A stretch of DNA of 64,000 nucleotides from the NCBI GenBank assembly GCA_035651855.1, contig DASREX010000060.1, positions 14,528 through 78,527 on the forward strand, written 5' to 3'. The notes under the pieces are model-generated. The model worked only from the letters and a program-made list of their open reading frames with translations. It was not told where the DNA came from and did not search any database. The DNA comes from Candidatus Sulfotelmatobacter sp. (GTDB lineage Bacteria > Acidobacteriota > Terriglobia > Terriglobales > Acidobacteriaceae). The translations under genes were made by a program, and so were the position numbers. Shown here one piece after another: positions 8,906 to 18,015 of the stretch (positions are counted from its first letter, which is position 1; each line of letters opens with the position of its first letter).

Positions 8906-10606
8906 ATGCCGGTTCCGCGGAAAACAATTCATGACGTTCTGGTGATCGGTTCCGGCGCCAGCGGCGGGTGGGTGGCGAAAGAAGCCGCGGAGCGAGGCCT
9001 AGGTGTTTTGATGCTGGAGGCCGGGCCGCCGCGCGTTCCCACCCGCGACTTCACCGAGCACGTATGGCCTTACCAGCTCAAATTCCGCGGCTTCGGCGAT
9101 CAGCGGAGCCTGCTCCGGACCCAACCGGTGCAGCGCTTGTGCTATGCCTGCGACGAGTACAGTCACCAGTTCTTCGTCAACGACCTGGAGAATCCGTACA
9201 CTTTTCCGGCGGACAAGCCGTTCATGTGGATCCGCGGCCGCCAGGTCGGCGGCAAGACCTTCTGCTGGGCGCGCGAGAGTTATCGCTTCTGTGACAACGA
9301 ATTCAAAGCCGCCAGCCGGGATGGCTATGGCGAAGACTGGCCCATCAGTTACCGGGAACTCGAGCCCTACTACGACAGGGTAGAAAGCTTCATCGGGGTC
9401 AGCGGCTCGCGTGAAGGGCTGCCGCAGATGCCGGACGGCCAGTTCCTCCCTCCTATGGAACTTTCCTGCGGAGGAATGCAGGCCCGGGACGTGATCGGAA
9501 AGAAGTTTGGCTGGCGGGTGATTCCGGACCGGGTCGCGAATTTGACGGTGGAACATCGCGGCCGCCCGGCCTGTCACTACTGCGATCAGTGCCAGCGTGG
9601 ATGCTTCACCGCTTCCTACTTCAACAGTCCATCCGTTACCCTTCCCGCGGCTGCACGCACCGGAAAGCTTACCCTGGTGAGCGACGCCGTTGTCAGCCAT
9701 ATCATCATGGGCCGGAACGGAAGAGCCGAGGGCGTCCACTACATAGACCGGATCACGCGCGAACATCGCGAAGTGTATGCGCGCGCCGTGGTGGTTGCTG
9801 CCGGAGCGCTCGAGTCCACTCGCATACTTCTGAATTCGAAGGCGCCATCTTATCCCCAGGGAGTGGGGAATTCCACCGGCGTCTTGGGCAAGTATCTGAT
9901 GGACCATTTTACGATCGAGGGCGGGGGCGGGTTCATGCCCGCCTTGCGCTCTGCGAAACGCGAGCCGGTTGGGCGACCCTGCGGTTTTCTGATTCCGAAA
10001 TATGTGAATGCCGCGGGCACCAGCGATGTCAACTCGAACTTCCTCCGTGGCTACCGCTTCGACGGCGATGGCAGCCAGGAGGTTTACGGCCACGCCTTCC
10101 TGTTGCCCGAGTTCGGGAACCGGTGGCGTGAGCGCGTCAGGAATGACATCCCTTATTACTTCGCAATTGAGGCGCAAGGCGAGTGCCTGCCTCGGGCGGA
10201 TAATTTCGTCGAGCTGCATCCGACCAGAAAGGATGCCTGGGGCATCCCGGTACTGCACATCCACGCGAGCTATGGAGAGAACGATCAGGCGATGGCCCTG
10301 GCCATGCGCAATCATGTTGCGGAGATCCTTGATGAGATGAAGCTTGCCGATCTGACCATGCCCAGGAAAGAGCTCAGCATTTTCGGCAAGAACATTCACG
10401 AATGTGGGACCGCCCGCATGGGCGACAAAGAGGAAAAGAGCGTCGTGGACCGCAACTGCAAAGTGCATGACGCGCGCAATGTGTTTGTTACCGATGGCGC
10501 GGTGTTCGCGACCCAAGGTTGCTATGAGCCAACCCTCACCATCATGGCAATATCCGCCAGGGCGGGAGAGCACATTGCGGAGACCTTCCGGCGAGGCGAA
10601 CTATGA
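8906..10606 (+). CDS. GMC-family FAD-dependent oxidoreductase (gluconate 2-dehydrogenase flavoprotein-like)
   Basis: N-terminal Rossmann motif VLVIGSGASGGWVAKEAAERGLGVLMLEAG. The C-terminal GMC region has ..HECGTARMG..VTDGAVF.. . 566 aa. Confidence 0.9.
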   Translation: MPVPRKTIHDVLVIGSGASGGWVAKEAAERGLGVLMLEAGPPRVPTRDFTEHVWPYQLKFRGFGDQRSLLRTQPVQRLCYACDEYSHQFFVNDLENPYTFPADKPFMWIRGRQVGGKTFCWARESYRFCDNEFKAASRDGYGEDWPISYRELEPYYDRVESFIGVSGSREGLPQMPDGQFLPPMELSCGGMQARDVIGKKFGWRVIPDRVANLTVEHRGRPACHYCDQCQRGCFTASYFNSPSVTLPAAARTGKLTLVSDAVVSHIIMGRNGRAEGVHYIDRITREHREVYARAVVVAAGALESTRILLNSKAPSYPQGVGNSTGVLGKYLMDHFTIEGGGGFMPALRSAKREPVGRPCGFLIPKYVNAAGTSDVNSNFLRGYRFDGDGSQEVYGHAFLLPEFGNRWRERVRNDIPYYFAIEAQGECLPRADNFVELHPTRKDAWGIPVLHIHASYGENDQAMALAMRNHVAEILDEMKLADLTMPRKELSIFGKNIHECGTARMGDKEEKSVVDRNCKVHDARNVFVTDGAVFATQGCYEPTLTIMAISARAGEHIAETFRRGEL

Positions 10607-11391
10607 AGCCAACTGGTTCGGACGTCGTCACCCAGATCACCCGGCGCCAATGGCTGCTTCGTTTGGGCGAGACGGTCGCTCTCGCCGGGGTCAGCGGGCT
10701 GGTTCCGGAAATGCCGCTTCGCTGGTTCGATGCGGAACCGCAGCGGGCGGGCCTGCCTCCGGGCCTGTATGAACCCTCCTCGGATGATCTGGTGCATGTG
10801 CTCGGCGCCCACAAGCTTGCCACCCCTCCAAAAGGCAGCGAGACAGATTACGTCCAGCCCGGAGTTCCTCAGGAATTGCAGTTCTTCTCACCCTCAGAGT
10901 TCCGCATCATCCGGAGTTACGTCTCCATCCTGTTGGGCGATGTGGAGCCGGGTGCACTCAGCGAAACGGCGGATTGGGTCGACCTGTGGTTTCATTCCGC
11001 CGAAGGCGTGCGGCAGGCTGCCCGGGACCTTGATCCGCTGCATCGCACGCTGGCCGTCGCGTACTTCGGGGAGGGGGCAGTGAAGGAAATCGAGGCAGCC
11101 GACCCAGCGGCCGTGGCGCGGGAAGGTATCAAGGCTCTTGACAAGCTTTGCCTTGAGCAGCATGACAAGGCATTCGCAGACCTTGACGGTTCAGCGCAGC
11201 AGGAAATTGTGAGCGCGATCGGCGCAACCCCGGCGGACGCGTCTCCCAGAAACTTTCTGGAACTGGTCCGCAACGAGTCGATTCGCGGCTACTACACTTC
11301 TGCCGCAGGGCTGAAAGAGCTCGATTACAAAGGGAATGCATACTACCCCTACTGCCCGGGCTGCGAATCGAATGCGAAGGATAAAGGATAA
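10603..11391 (+). CDS. Gluconate 2-dehydrogenase subunit 3-family small subunit with Tat signal
   Basis: ATGA overlap with the GMC gene. Twin-arginine motif TRRQWLLRLG followed by a hydrophobic stretch. Size and position are typical of the small partner subunit of GMC dehydrogenases. Confidence 0.75.
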   Translation: MKPTGSDVVTQITRRQWLLRLGETVALAGVSGLVPEMPLRWFDAEPQRAGLPPGLYEPSSDDLVHVLGAHKLATPPKGSETDYVQPGVPQELQFFSPSEFRIIRSYVSILLGDVEPGALSETADWVDLWFHSAEGVRQAARDLDPLHRTLAVAYFGEGAVKEIEAADPAAVAREGIKALDKLCLEQHDKAFADLDGSAQQEIVSAIGATPADASPRNFLELVRNESIRGYYTSAAGLKELDYKGNAYYPYCPGCESNAKDKG

Positions 11392-11463
11392 GTGATCACC
11401 CGGTTTTGCTTCGCCCGACGTCCCCCGCCTCATTACTGAACTCGTCCGCGCCGTTCCCATTCC

Positions 11464-11490
11464 TCAAGTTCTGAGTCTCTGAGCCGATGA
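11464..11490 (+). promoter_or_regulatory. Sigma-28 (FliA)-type promoter candidate upstream of cheA
   Basis: TCAAGTTC-N11-GCCGATGA, compared with the enterobacterial FliA consensus TAAAGTTT-N11-GCCGATAA: 6/8 and 7/8 matches with exact spacing. About 78 bp upstream of the cheA ATG. Confidence 0.45.
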
Positions 11491-11568
11491 CCTAAGCGTC
11501 GACTGCCAGAATGGGCCGACGTGTTGATACAGCATTGGCCTATGCGGACGCAACGAACGGGCTGAGTC

Positions 11569-13971
11569 ATGGATGACATCGTTAAGGAATTTCTTATCGA
11601 GAGTCGGGAGAACCTTGATCGACTCGATCAGGAGTTGGTCAGCCTGGAATCGGATCCCAATTCCAAAGAACTGCTGAGCAGCATTTTTCGCACCATGCAC
11701 ACCATCAAGGGAAGTTGCGGATTTCTCGGATTTCCGCACTTGGAAAAGGTGGCGCACGCGGGGGAGAGCCTGCTCGCCAAACTGCGCGACGGCGCGCTGT
11801 CTCTGAATGCCGAGATTACCAGCGCGCTATTGGCGACGGTAGACGCAGTCCGCCGCATGTTGAGGGAGATTCAAGCCACCGAGGGCGACGGCGAGAATGA
11901 CTACCCGGAACTGCTCGAACGTTTGAAGAAACTGAATGCCGGAAACCCGGCCTCAGCCTCCCCTGTGGCTGAGACGGCCGCGATTGGAGCAGCCTCGCCG
12001 GCGAATGCGTCTTCTGTCGAAGTGCCGAAGGTGGAGACGCTGCCAGAGTCCGGGACGCGGGCCGGTGACCTGCCAGGCGGCAGCATCACGGGACAGACCC
12101 GCCCTTCCCCTTCGAAGATTGGCAGTCTTTTAGTGGAGCGAGGGTGTGTAAAGCCCGAAGATCTTTCCTTCGCGATTCGGAAGCAGGAAGAGGGGGACCG
12201 GCGGAGGCTGGGAGACATCCTGGTTGCCCTTGGCGCGTGCAGCCAGGCCGACGTGGATAGTGCGCAACAGCTTCTGGAGGCGCGCGGGCGCAACGCCAGT
12301 CTGGAAACCGTTCGCGTGGGAGTTGATCTTCTGGATTCGCTCATGAACCTGGTTGGCGAACTCGTGCTGGCGCGCAACCAGCTCCTGCAACTGGGCCACT
12401 CTTCGGAAGATGCCAGGCTGCTGGCGGTGTCGCAGAACCTGGACCTGATAGTGACCGAGGTGCAGGAACAAGTCATCCGGACGCGCATCCAGCCCATCAG
12501 CAATGTGTGGAACAAATTTCCACGCAGCGTGCGCGACCTCGCCCTCAGTTGCGGCAAGGAAGTGCATCTGGAAACCTACGGGCAGGACACGGAACTGGAC
12601 CGCACCGTCATTGAAGCCATTCGCGATCCGCTCACCCACCTGATCCGCAATGCCATCGACCACGGTATTGAAAACCCGGAGACCCGGCGAAAAGCGGGGA
12701 AAGATCCCGCCGGACGTTTACAACTCCGCGCTTGCCAGCAAGGGGGCAAGGTCATCATGGAGGTGGCTGACGATGGCGCTGGCCTAAATGCCGACCGCCT
12801 GTGTAACAAAGCCATCGAACGAGGCATGATCAGCCGCCATCAGGCCAAACGCATGAGCGAGGCCGAGATTTTCAATCTCATCTTCATGCCGGGATTTTCC
12901 ACGGTGGAGAAGGTCACCAACGTTTCCGGCCGGGGCGTGGGGATGGATGTGGTGAAGACCAACGTGGAAAAGATTGGCGGCGCCATTGACATCGAATCGG
13001 TCGCCGGGAAGGGCACGACGGTCAGAGTGAAGATGCCCTTGACCCTTGCCATAGTTCCCGCGCTGATTGTGACCTGCCGGAACGAACGATTCGCCATCCC
13101 CGAAGCCGGCATTCTCGAACTCGCAAGCCTCGACGGCAGCGGACCGCGGATCGAAAATATTCAGGGGCACCCGGTCTTCCGCCGTCGAGGGAACCTGCTC
13201 CCCGTGCTTTATCTGGATCGTGAATTAGGACTGCGTGACGCCTTTGAGCCGCCGAATTCGCGATCTGCGAAGAACATCGTAATACTGCAGGCCGACGCGC
13301 GACAGCTGGGTTTGGTGGTGGATGACATCCTGGATACCGAAGAAATCGTCGTAAAGCCCCTGGGCGAGCAGTTCAAGCGCCTTAAGGTTTATGCCGGCGC
13401 CACGCTCCTGGGCAACGGTGGAGTGGCATTGATCCTTGACGTCGTCGGACTCGCCCAAAGAGCCCACGTCATTCCAGAGATGCAAGCCTCTGCACCTCCA
13501 AGTCATCCGCCAGAGGTTGGCGCGGTCCCGTGCGACGATCGAGTGTCCTTTCTGCTGGCGCGCAACGGGTCCGACGGGCAGGTTGCCATCCGTCTTCCGG
13601 AGGTGGCGCGTCTGGCTGGCGTGCTCGCCAGTTCGGTCAGGCGGGTGGGACCGCGAGAAGTGATGGATTATCAGGGCGAGGTCATTCCGATCGTACGCCT
13701 GTCGCAGATTCTTCCGCATGCCGGCGACAATCAGACAAGCGGGCAAAGTAGTTCGGTTGAACTTGTGCTCTACATGGAGAACGGACACAACGTGGGAGTG
13801 ATCGTAGACCGCCTCGTCGACATTGTGGAAAATTGCGTCGACCTCCAACCGCTGGCGTCGCGACCCGGTGTGGTGGGCTCGTTCGTGATGGAGCACGACG
13901 TCGTGGAAATGCTGGACCTGCCGGCCATTGTGCGGGCGGCGATTCCGGGGGTGGGCAGCGAACTTAAGTAG
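11569..13971 (+). CDS. cheA: Chemotaxis histidine kinase CheA with two C-terminal CheW-like domains and an MshEN-like insert
   Basis: HPt motif FRTMHTIKGSCGFLG. Dimerisation region VRVGVDLLDSLMNLVGELV. HATPase boxes HLIRNAIDHGIE, DDGAGL, GRGVGMDVV. These are followed by two CheW-like domains. Confidence 0.93.
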   Translation: MDDIVKEFLIESRENLDRLDQELVSLESDPNSKELLSSIFRTMHTIKGSCGFLGFPHLEKVAHAGESLLAKLRDGALSLNAEITSALLATVDAVRRMLREIQATEGDGENDYPELLERLKKLNAGNPASASPVAETAAIGAASPANASSVEVPKVETLPESGTRAGDLPGGSITGQTRPSPSKIGSLLVERGCVKPEDLSFAIRKQEEGDRRRLGDILVALGACSQADVDSAQQLLEARGRNASLETVRVGVDLLDSLMNLVGELVLARNQLLQLGHSSEDARLLAVSQNLDLIVTEVQEQVIRTRIQPISNVWNKFPRSVRDLALSCGKEVHLETYGQDTELDRTVIEAIRDPLTHLIRNAIDHGIENPETRRKAGKDPAGRLQLRACQQGGKVIMEVADDGAGLNADRLCNKAIERGMISRHQAKRMSEAEIFNLIFMPGFSTVEKVTNVSGRGVGMDVVKTNVEKIGGAIDIESVAGKGTTVRVKMPLTLAIVPALIVTCRNERFAIPEAGILELASLDGSGPRIENIQGHPVFRRRGNLLPVLYLDRELGLRDAFEPPNSRSAKNIVILQADARQLGLVVDDILDTEEIVVKPLGEQFKRLKVYAGATLLGNGGVALILDVVGLAQRAHVIPEMQASAPPSHPPEVGAVPCDDRVSFLLARNGSDGQVAIRLPEVARLAGVLASSVRRVGPREVMDYQGEVIPIVRLSQILPHAGDNQTSGQSSSVELVLYMENGHNVGVIVDRLVDIVENCVDLQPLASRPGVVGSFVMEHDVVEMLDLPAIVRAAIPGVGSELK

Positions 13972-14056
13972 CGGCGAGCAGCGTCCCAAGCGGGCGACGC
14001 GCAGAACAGAGTTGACTCCGGGTGGTGAGTGCCCGGAGTACAGGGAGGCATAAACC

Positions 14057-15742
14057 GTGTTCAGCTTCAACAGGATGCAGATCGCAACCAGGCTTGCCCT
14101 GCTGGTCGGAATCTCTACGCTGGCACTGCTGATGGTCGCGGCGATGTCGTATTTCAGCATCTCCCAAGTCTCAGGAGGGCCGCTTCACCAGGAACTGGAG
14201 CTCTACTCTGACCTCGCCGCCGACGTATCGCCGTCTCCTCTGTGCCTCGAACGCGTCCGCCTCACCGTTCGCGGCATGATGATAAACGGCAGGGCTCAAT
14301 TGCCCGAAGCGATTGACCGCTACAACCACGACAAGCAGCAATATGAGGCCGCAGTTGCGAACTGGTCGAGGCGCCTGCCGGAAGGCAACATTCGAGAGTT
14401 GCTGCTGGTCACGGCCGATGAAGCCAATCGCAAATATATGGAGACAGTCGAGAATCGTGTGATCCCCGCCTTGAAAAAGGGGGACCGCAAAACTGCCTCG
14501 GACGCGGAGGCAAAGCTGCTGGCTTTTTCGGACCGCAATATGGCTGCGAGAGAGGAAGCGATTCGCTTGGTGCAGGCGCGCCAGGCCCAGGTTGCCGGCA
14601 GGACGGCGACCGTAATCCGCAGCGCGACGTTGACCCTGGCCGGGCTTGCCCTGATGTTTGCGCTATTGCTTTCCGCCATCGGCCTAGTGACCGTCAAGAG
14701 CGTCGCGACCCCGAGCCGGCGCGCTCTGGGCTTTGCCCGTGCCCTGTCCGATGGAAATTTAACGCAGGAACAGATCGAAATCAGCGGGGCGGACGAGCTC
14801 GCCCAACTGGGGACCGCCCTGAACACCCTGCAACAGGGGCTGCGCAGCGTGATGCAATCGCTGGCCGGCAGCGCCCGGGATTTCGCCTTCTCGAGTGAAG
14901 AGCTTACCTCCACCAGTGAACGGATCTCAGCCAACACCGAGCAGACTTCCGCCCAGGTCAATGTCGTCTCGGAGGCTACCCGGCAGGTGACCCACAACCT
15001 GCAGAGCGTCTCGGTTGGCGCAGAGCAGATGACCACCACCATCCAGTCCATCGCCTGCAATGCTCATGAAGCCGCCACAATCGCGACCAAGGCGGTGGAG
15101 ACGGCGCAGGCTGCGACCTCGGCAATCGGCAAGCTGGGCGAGTCCAGCGGCCAGATCGGAGATGTCATCAAGGTCATCACCTCGATCGCTCAGCAGACCA
15201 AGCTTCTGGCTCTAAACGCGACGATTGAAGCTGCCCGCGCGGGAGATGCGGGCAAGGGATTTGCGGTGGTGGCCAGCGAAGTGAAGGAACTTGCGCGCCA
15301 GACCGCGAAAGCCACCGAGGACATCAGCCATAAGATTGCAACCATTCAGACGGACACCAACCGTGCCGTGGAGGCGATTGCGACCATCAGCGGGATCATC
15401 AATCAGGTCGATGAAATTTCAGGCACAATCGCGACTGCAGTTGAGGAGCAAAGCGCGACCACCAATGAGATGACGCGCAATCTCGCCGATGCCGCGAAAG
15501 CATCCACGGACATTACTCAGACCATCGTCGGGGTTGCCGACTCTGCGCAGGCAGCGTCGGCCAGCGCCGGCGACTCACAGAAAGCCGCCGGTCATTTGGC
15601 GGAACTGGCATTGCAACTGCGCCAGGAAGTGGAGCAGTTCAAAATCTCCACTCAACCCGGCGCGGAACCGCCACCAGCGAAAGCTGCGGATCTCAACGCC
15701 AGGGCCGCTCACCTGACCGCTAGTGCGGCTTCTGCTCCGTGA
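14057..15742 (+). CDS. Methyl-accepting chemotaxis protein (two TM helices, HAMP, MA signalling domain)
   Basis: GTG start with GGAGG 8 nt upstream. Highly conserved MA hairpin [38 protein letters not shown]. Confidence 0.9.
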   Translation: MFSFNRMQIATRLALLVGISTLALLMVAAMSYFSISQVSGGPLHQELELYSDLAADVSPSPLCLERVRLTVRGMMINGRAQLPEAIDRYNHDKQQYEAAVANWSRRLPEGNIRELLLVTADEANRKYMETVENRVIPALKKGDRKTASDAEAKLLAFSDRNMAAREEAIRLVQARQAQVAGRTATVIRSATLTLAGLALMFALLLSAIGLVTVKSVATPSRRALGFARALSDGNLTQEQIEISGADELAQLGTALNTLQQGLRSVMQSLAGSARDFAFSSEELTSTSERISANTEQTSAQVNVVSEATRQVTHNLQSVSVGAEQMTTTIQSIACNAHEAATIATKAVETAQAATSAIGKLGESSGQIGDVIKVITSIAQQTKLLALNATIEAARAGDAGKGFAVVASEVKELARQTAKATEDISHKIATIQTDTNRAVEAIATISGIINQVDEISGTIATAVEEQSATTNEMTRNLADAAKASTDITQTIVGVADSAQAASASAGDSQKAAGHLAELALQLRQEVEQFKISTQPGAEPPPAKAADLNARAAHLTASAASAP

Positions 15743-17972
15743 CCTTGTCGAGCTTCTGCAACATTTCGCCAATCTCCGGATTGGCCATGAACGACTTCCA
15801 CACCAGCCCGCTGCGGTAGTTCTCCACCATCACGGTGATCGGCGCCTGGTTCAATCCCATATAGATGATCGAGATCCAGTCCTGCCCCGGGTTGTATGCA
15901 TCCCGAGGCCCGTAAATATCCCAGACCTGTGCCCCGAGATCGCGATAGTAGTGTTTCAGCGCCGCCATGGATTCTTGCGGCGTGTATGGAAACGACGCCA
16001 GGGCCCCTGTCAGGGTCAGAGTTCCGCGATCACTGCTGTCGTCGGGCGCGTGCGGCACGTATCCCGTGGGCCCGTCGCTCGCGGTAAGGCCCCAGGCGTC
16101 TTCGCTGTAGCCCGGGAAGTGTTTCGGATTAGCGATGCAGTAAGCGCGATTGATCAGGGCGATATTGCGGTTGTTGTCGAAGTAAGAAGAAGTAAAGCGG
16201 TCGTGTAGGGCGTGGGGGTCAAAGCCGAAATAGGAGTAGTGGGTGAAAAAGAGCGGTCCGCCCGTTCCCACGCCGACGTCAAGCTTGATTCCGTAATAGG
16301 AATGCCCGTTGCCATAGTGGTCGCCGTCCGCCGCACCCGACCACCCGGCGCGATATTGAATCGCGCGCTGCGACTGGCTGGCCCAGCCGGAGTAATACAT
16401 ATCCGGCGGAATGGGGTGAGTTGGCGAGGACATGGCCAGCAAGTACGTGATCATCACTTCGTTGAATCCGATCAGGGGATGCTGGATCTGCCATCCCCAC
16501 TCCGCCGACCAGTGCCAGTAAATAAAATCGCCCGGCTGCGGCCCCCGGTACCAATCCCACTCGACCGTTTCCCACAGCCGCGTGATTCTCCGGTAAAGCT
16601 CGCGTTCGGCATCGCTGCTGCCGCGGAAATATTGACGCGCGGCCAGGAGCCCTTCCATCAGAAACGAGGTCTCCACCAGGTCGCCACCATTGTCGAAGAC
16701 GCCGAACACCGCCATGGTCTTGCCTGTGGCCCCATTCATGAAGTGCGACCAGACGCCGTGATAGCGGTCTGCGTGCTCCAGAAAGTTCACGATTTTCGTA
16801 AGCCGCTCCACTCCTTGCGCGCGCGTGATAAAGCCGCGGTCCACTCCAACCACCAGCGCGGCAATGCCCATGCCGCTGGCACCCGTGGCCACAATGCGGT
16901 CGTCGCCGGGAATATTTTCCCGCGCCATGCCAGAGTGCGGCTCTGCGCCCTCCCAGTAGTACTGGAAGCAGGCTTCCTGCAGCATGGTCAGCAATTCTTC
17001 ATCGCTGAATTCCCGCGTGGAAGCGCTGGCGGCTGCCGAGAGCGCGGAATTTCGATACTGCCAGTCGGAGGCCGCGACTTTATACTGCGCAGTAACTCCG
17101 GACTTCCCGACGAAATCTGAATAGCGGTGAATATCGGGAACTTGAATTCCAATGGGCTCGAAATTCTTGCCGTCGAGCGACCGGTAAATCACGTACCGGC
17201 CGACTTCGGAATCGTTCACTCCATCCCAGCGCACTTCGACGTGCCGGTCGTATCCAACAGCGCGCACATTCTGCGGCGCGCGCGGGGCAGGTTGCGCCTG
17301 AGCCGCGGCGGGCGCATCTCCCAGCCGGATCTCGTCGAGGATAAGAACGTGCGGCGCGCCATCGGCGCTCCGCTGATGGAAGACAATGCTTCGCACATAC
17401 TGCGGATCGAACTCATATATGGAACTGGTGCGGAATTGCGATAGCGGGATCCGCACTTGAACCCACTTCCCCGCAGGAATGTCTCCCGTGACCGACCCCA
17501 GGGCCAAAGGTTCGGTGAATGCTCCCGGGAACTCGGCCACCTGCAGCCCTTGAGTGGTGTTGGACAGGACGATCGCGGGAAGATCGCCGGCGGCGATTCG
17601 CTCGGGAGCAAAACACCAGAAGTACAGAGTATGTCCTTCGAACTGTGGGAAGCGGTTGCGGTACTCATTCACGTGGACCTCCGCTTCCCAGCCGCCATCG
17701 GCTTTGGACTGCCAACTCAGCCGCAAGGCATTGGGTGGAGTGAGGAAGGTCTTGCTCTCGACCGGGAGGTGGCCATTCTTCAACTCAAGAGAACTCGAAC
17801 CATTCGCCAGACCCTGGCTGTAGAAGTAGCCGTCGGCAGTGAGGCTGTTGTCGAATATTACGTGACGGTAATACTCGGTGTTGGCCAGCGCTGGCGAGGC
17901 GATGGTGATCCACCCAATGGTGCAGGCGAGCAACTTGACCGCGCTGACTAGACTGCGCGTCCTAATTTTCAT
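15720..17972 (-). CDS. Secreted glucoamylase-family (PF10091-type, GH144-like) glycoside hydrolase, putative endo-beta-1,2-glucanase, with N-terminal CBM-like and Fn3 domains
   Basis: ORF trimmed to the ATG at 17972 ([30 protein letters not shown] signal peptide). Fn3-like [20 protein letters not shown]... Catalytic region with ..[23 protein letters not shown].. and C-terminal ..[37 protein letters not shown].. . The family call is fairly confident; the specific activity is inferred. Confidence 0.7.
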   Translation of the reverse strand: MKIRTRSLVSAVKLLACTIGWITIASPALANTEYYRHVIFDNSLTADGYFYSQGLANGSSSLELKNGHLPVESKTFLTPPNALRLSWQSKADGGWEAEVHVNEYRNRFPQFEGHTLYFWCFAPERIAAGDLPAIVLSNTTQGLQVAEFPGAFTEPLALGSVTGDIPAGKWVQVRIPLSQFRTSSIYEFDPQYVRSIVFHQRSADGAPHVLILDEIRLGDAPAAAQAQPAPRAPQNVRAVGYDRHVEVRWDGVNDSEVGRYVIYRSLDGKNFEPIGIQVPDIHRYSDFVGKSGVTAQYKVAASDWQYRNSALSAAASASTREFSDEELLTMLQEACFQYYWEGAEPHSGMARENIPGDDRIVATGASGMGIAALVVGVDRGFITRAQGVERLTKIVNFLEHADRYHGVWSHFMNGATGKTMAVFGVFDNGGDLVETSFLMEGLLAARQYFRGSSDAERELYRRITRLWETVEWDWYRGPQPGDFIYWHWSAEWGWQIQHPLIGFNEVMITYLLAMSSPTHPIPPDMYYSGWASQSQRAIQYRAGWSGAADGDHYGNGHSYYGIKLDVGVGTGGPLFFTHYSYFGFDPHALHDRFTSSYFDNNRNIALINRAYCIANPKHFPGYSEDAWGLTASDGPTGYVPHAPDDSSDRGTLTLTGALASFPYTPQESMAALKHYYRDLGAQVWDIYGPRDAYNPGQDWISIIYMGLNQAPITVMVENYRSGLVWKSFMANPEIGEMLQKLDKVTEQKPH

Positions 17973-18015
17973 GAACGGTCTCTCCGATTTTGGCAGGCAA
18001 ATAATGTTCAGAATT

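Noticed and set aside
8999-10573. Long antisense ORFs opposite real genes. Examples: 524 aa at 8999..10573, 481 aa at 22180..23625, 475 aa at 17878..19305, 538 aa at 36620..38236, 338/337 aa at 1890..2906 and 2922..3935, 350 aa at 52029..53081, 368 aa at 56523..57629, and 314 aa at 62420..63364.
   Set aside because: They are typical shadow ORFs of GC-rich DNA: Arg/Gly/Pro/Ala-rich low-complexity translations and no recognisable domains. Each lies entirely opposite a gene with strong family signatures.
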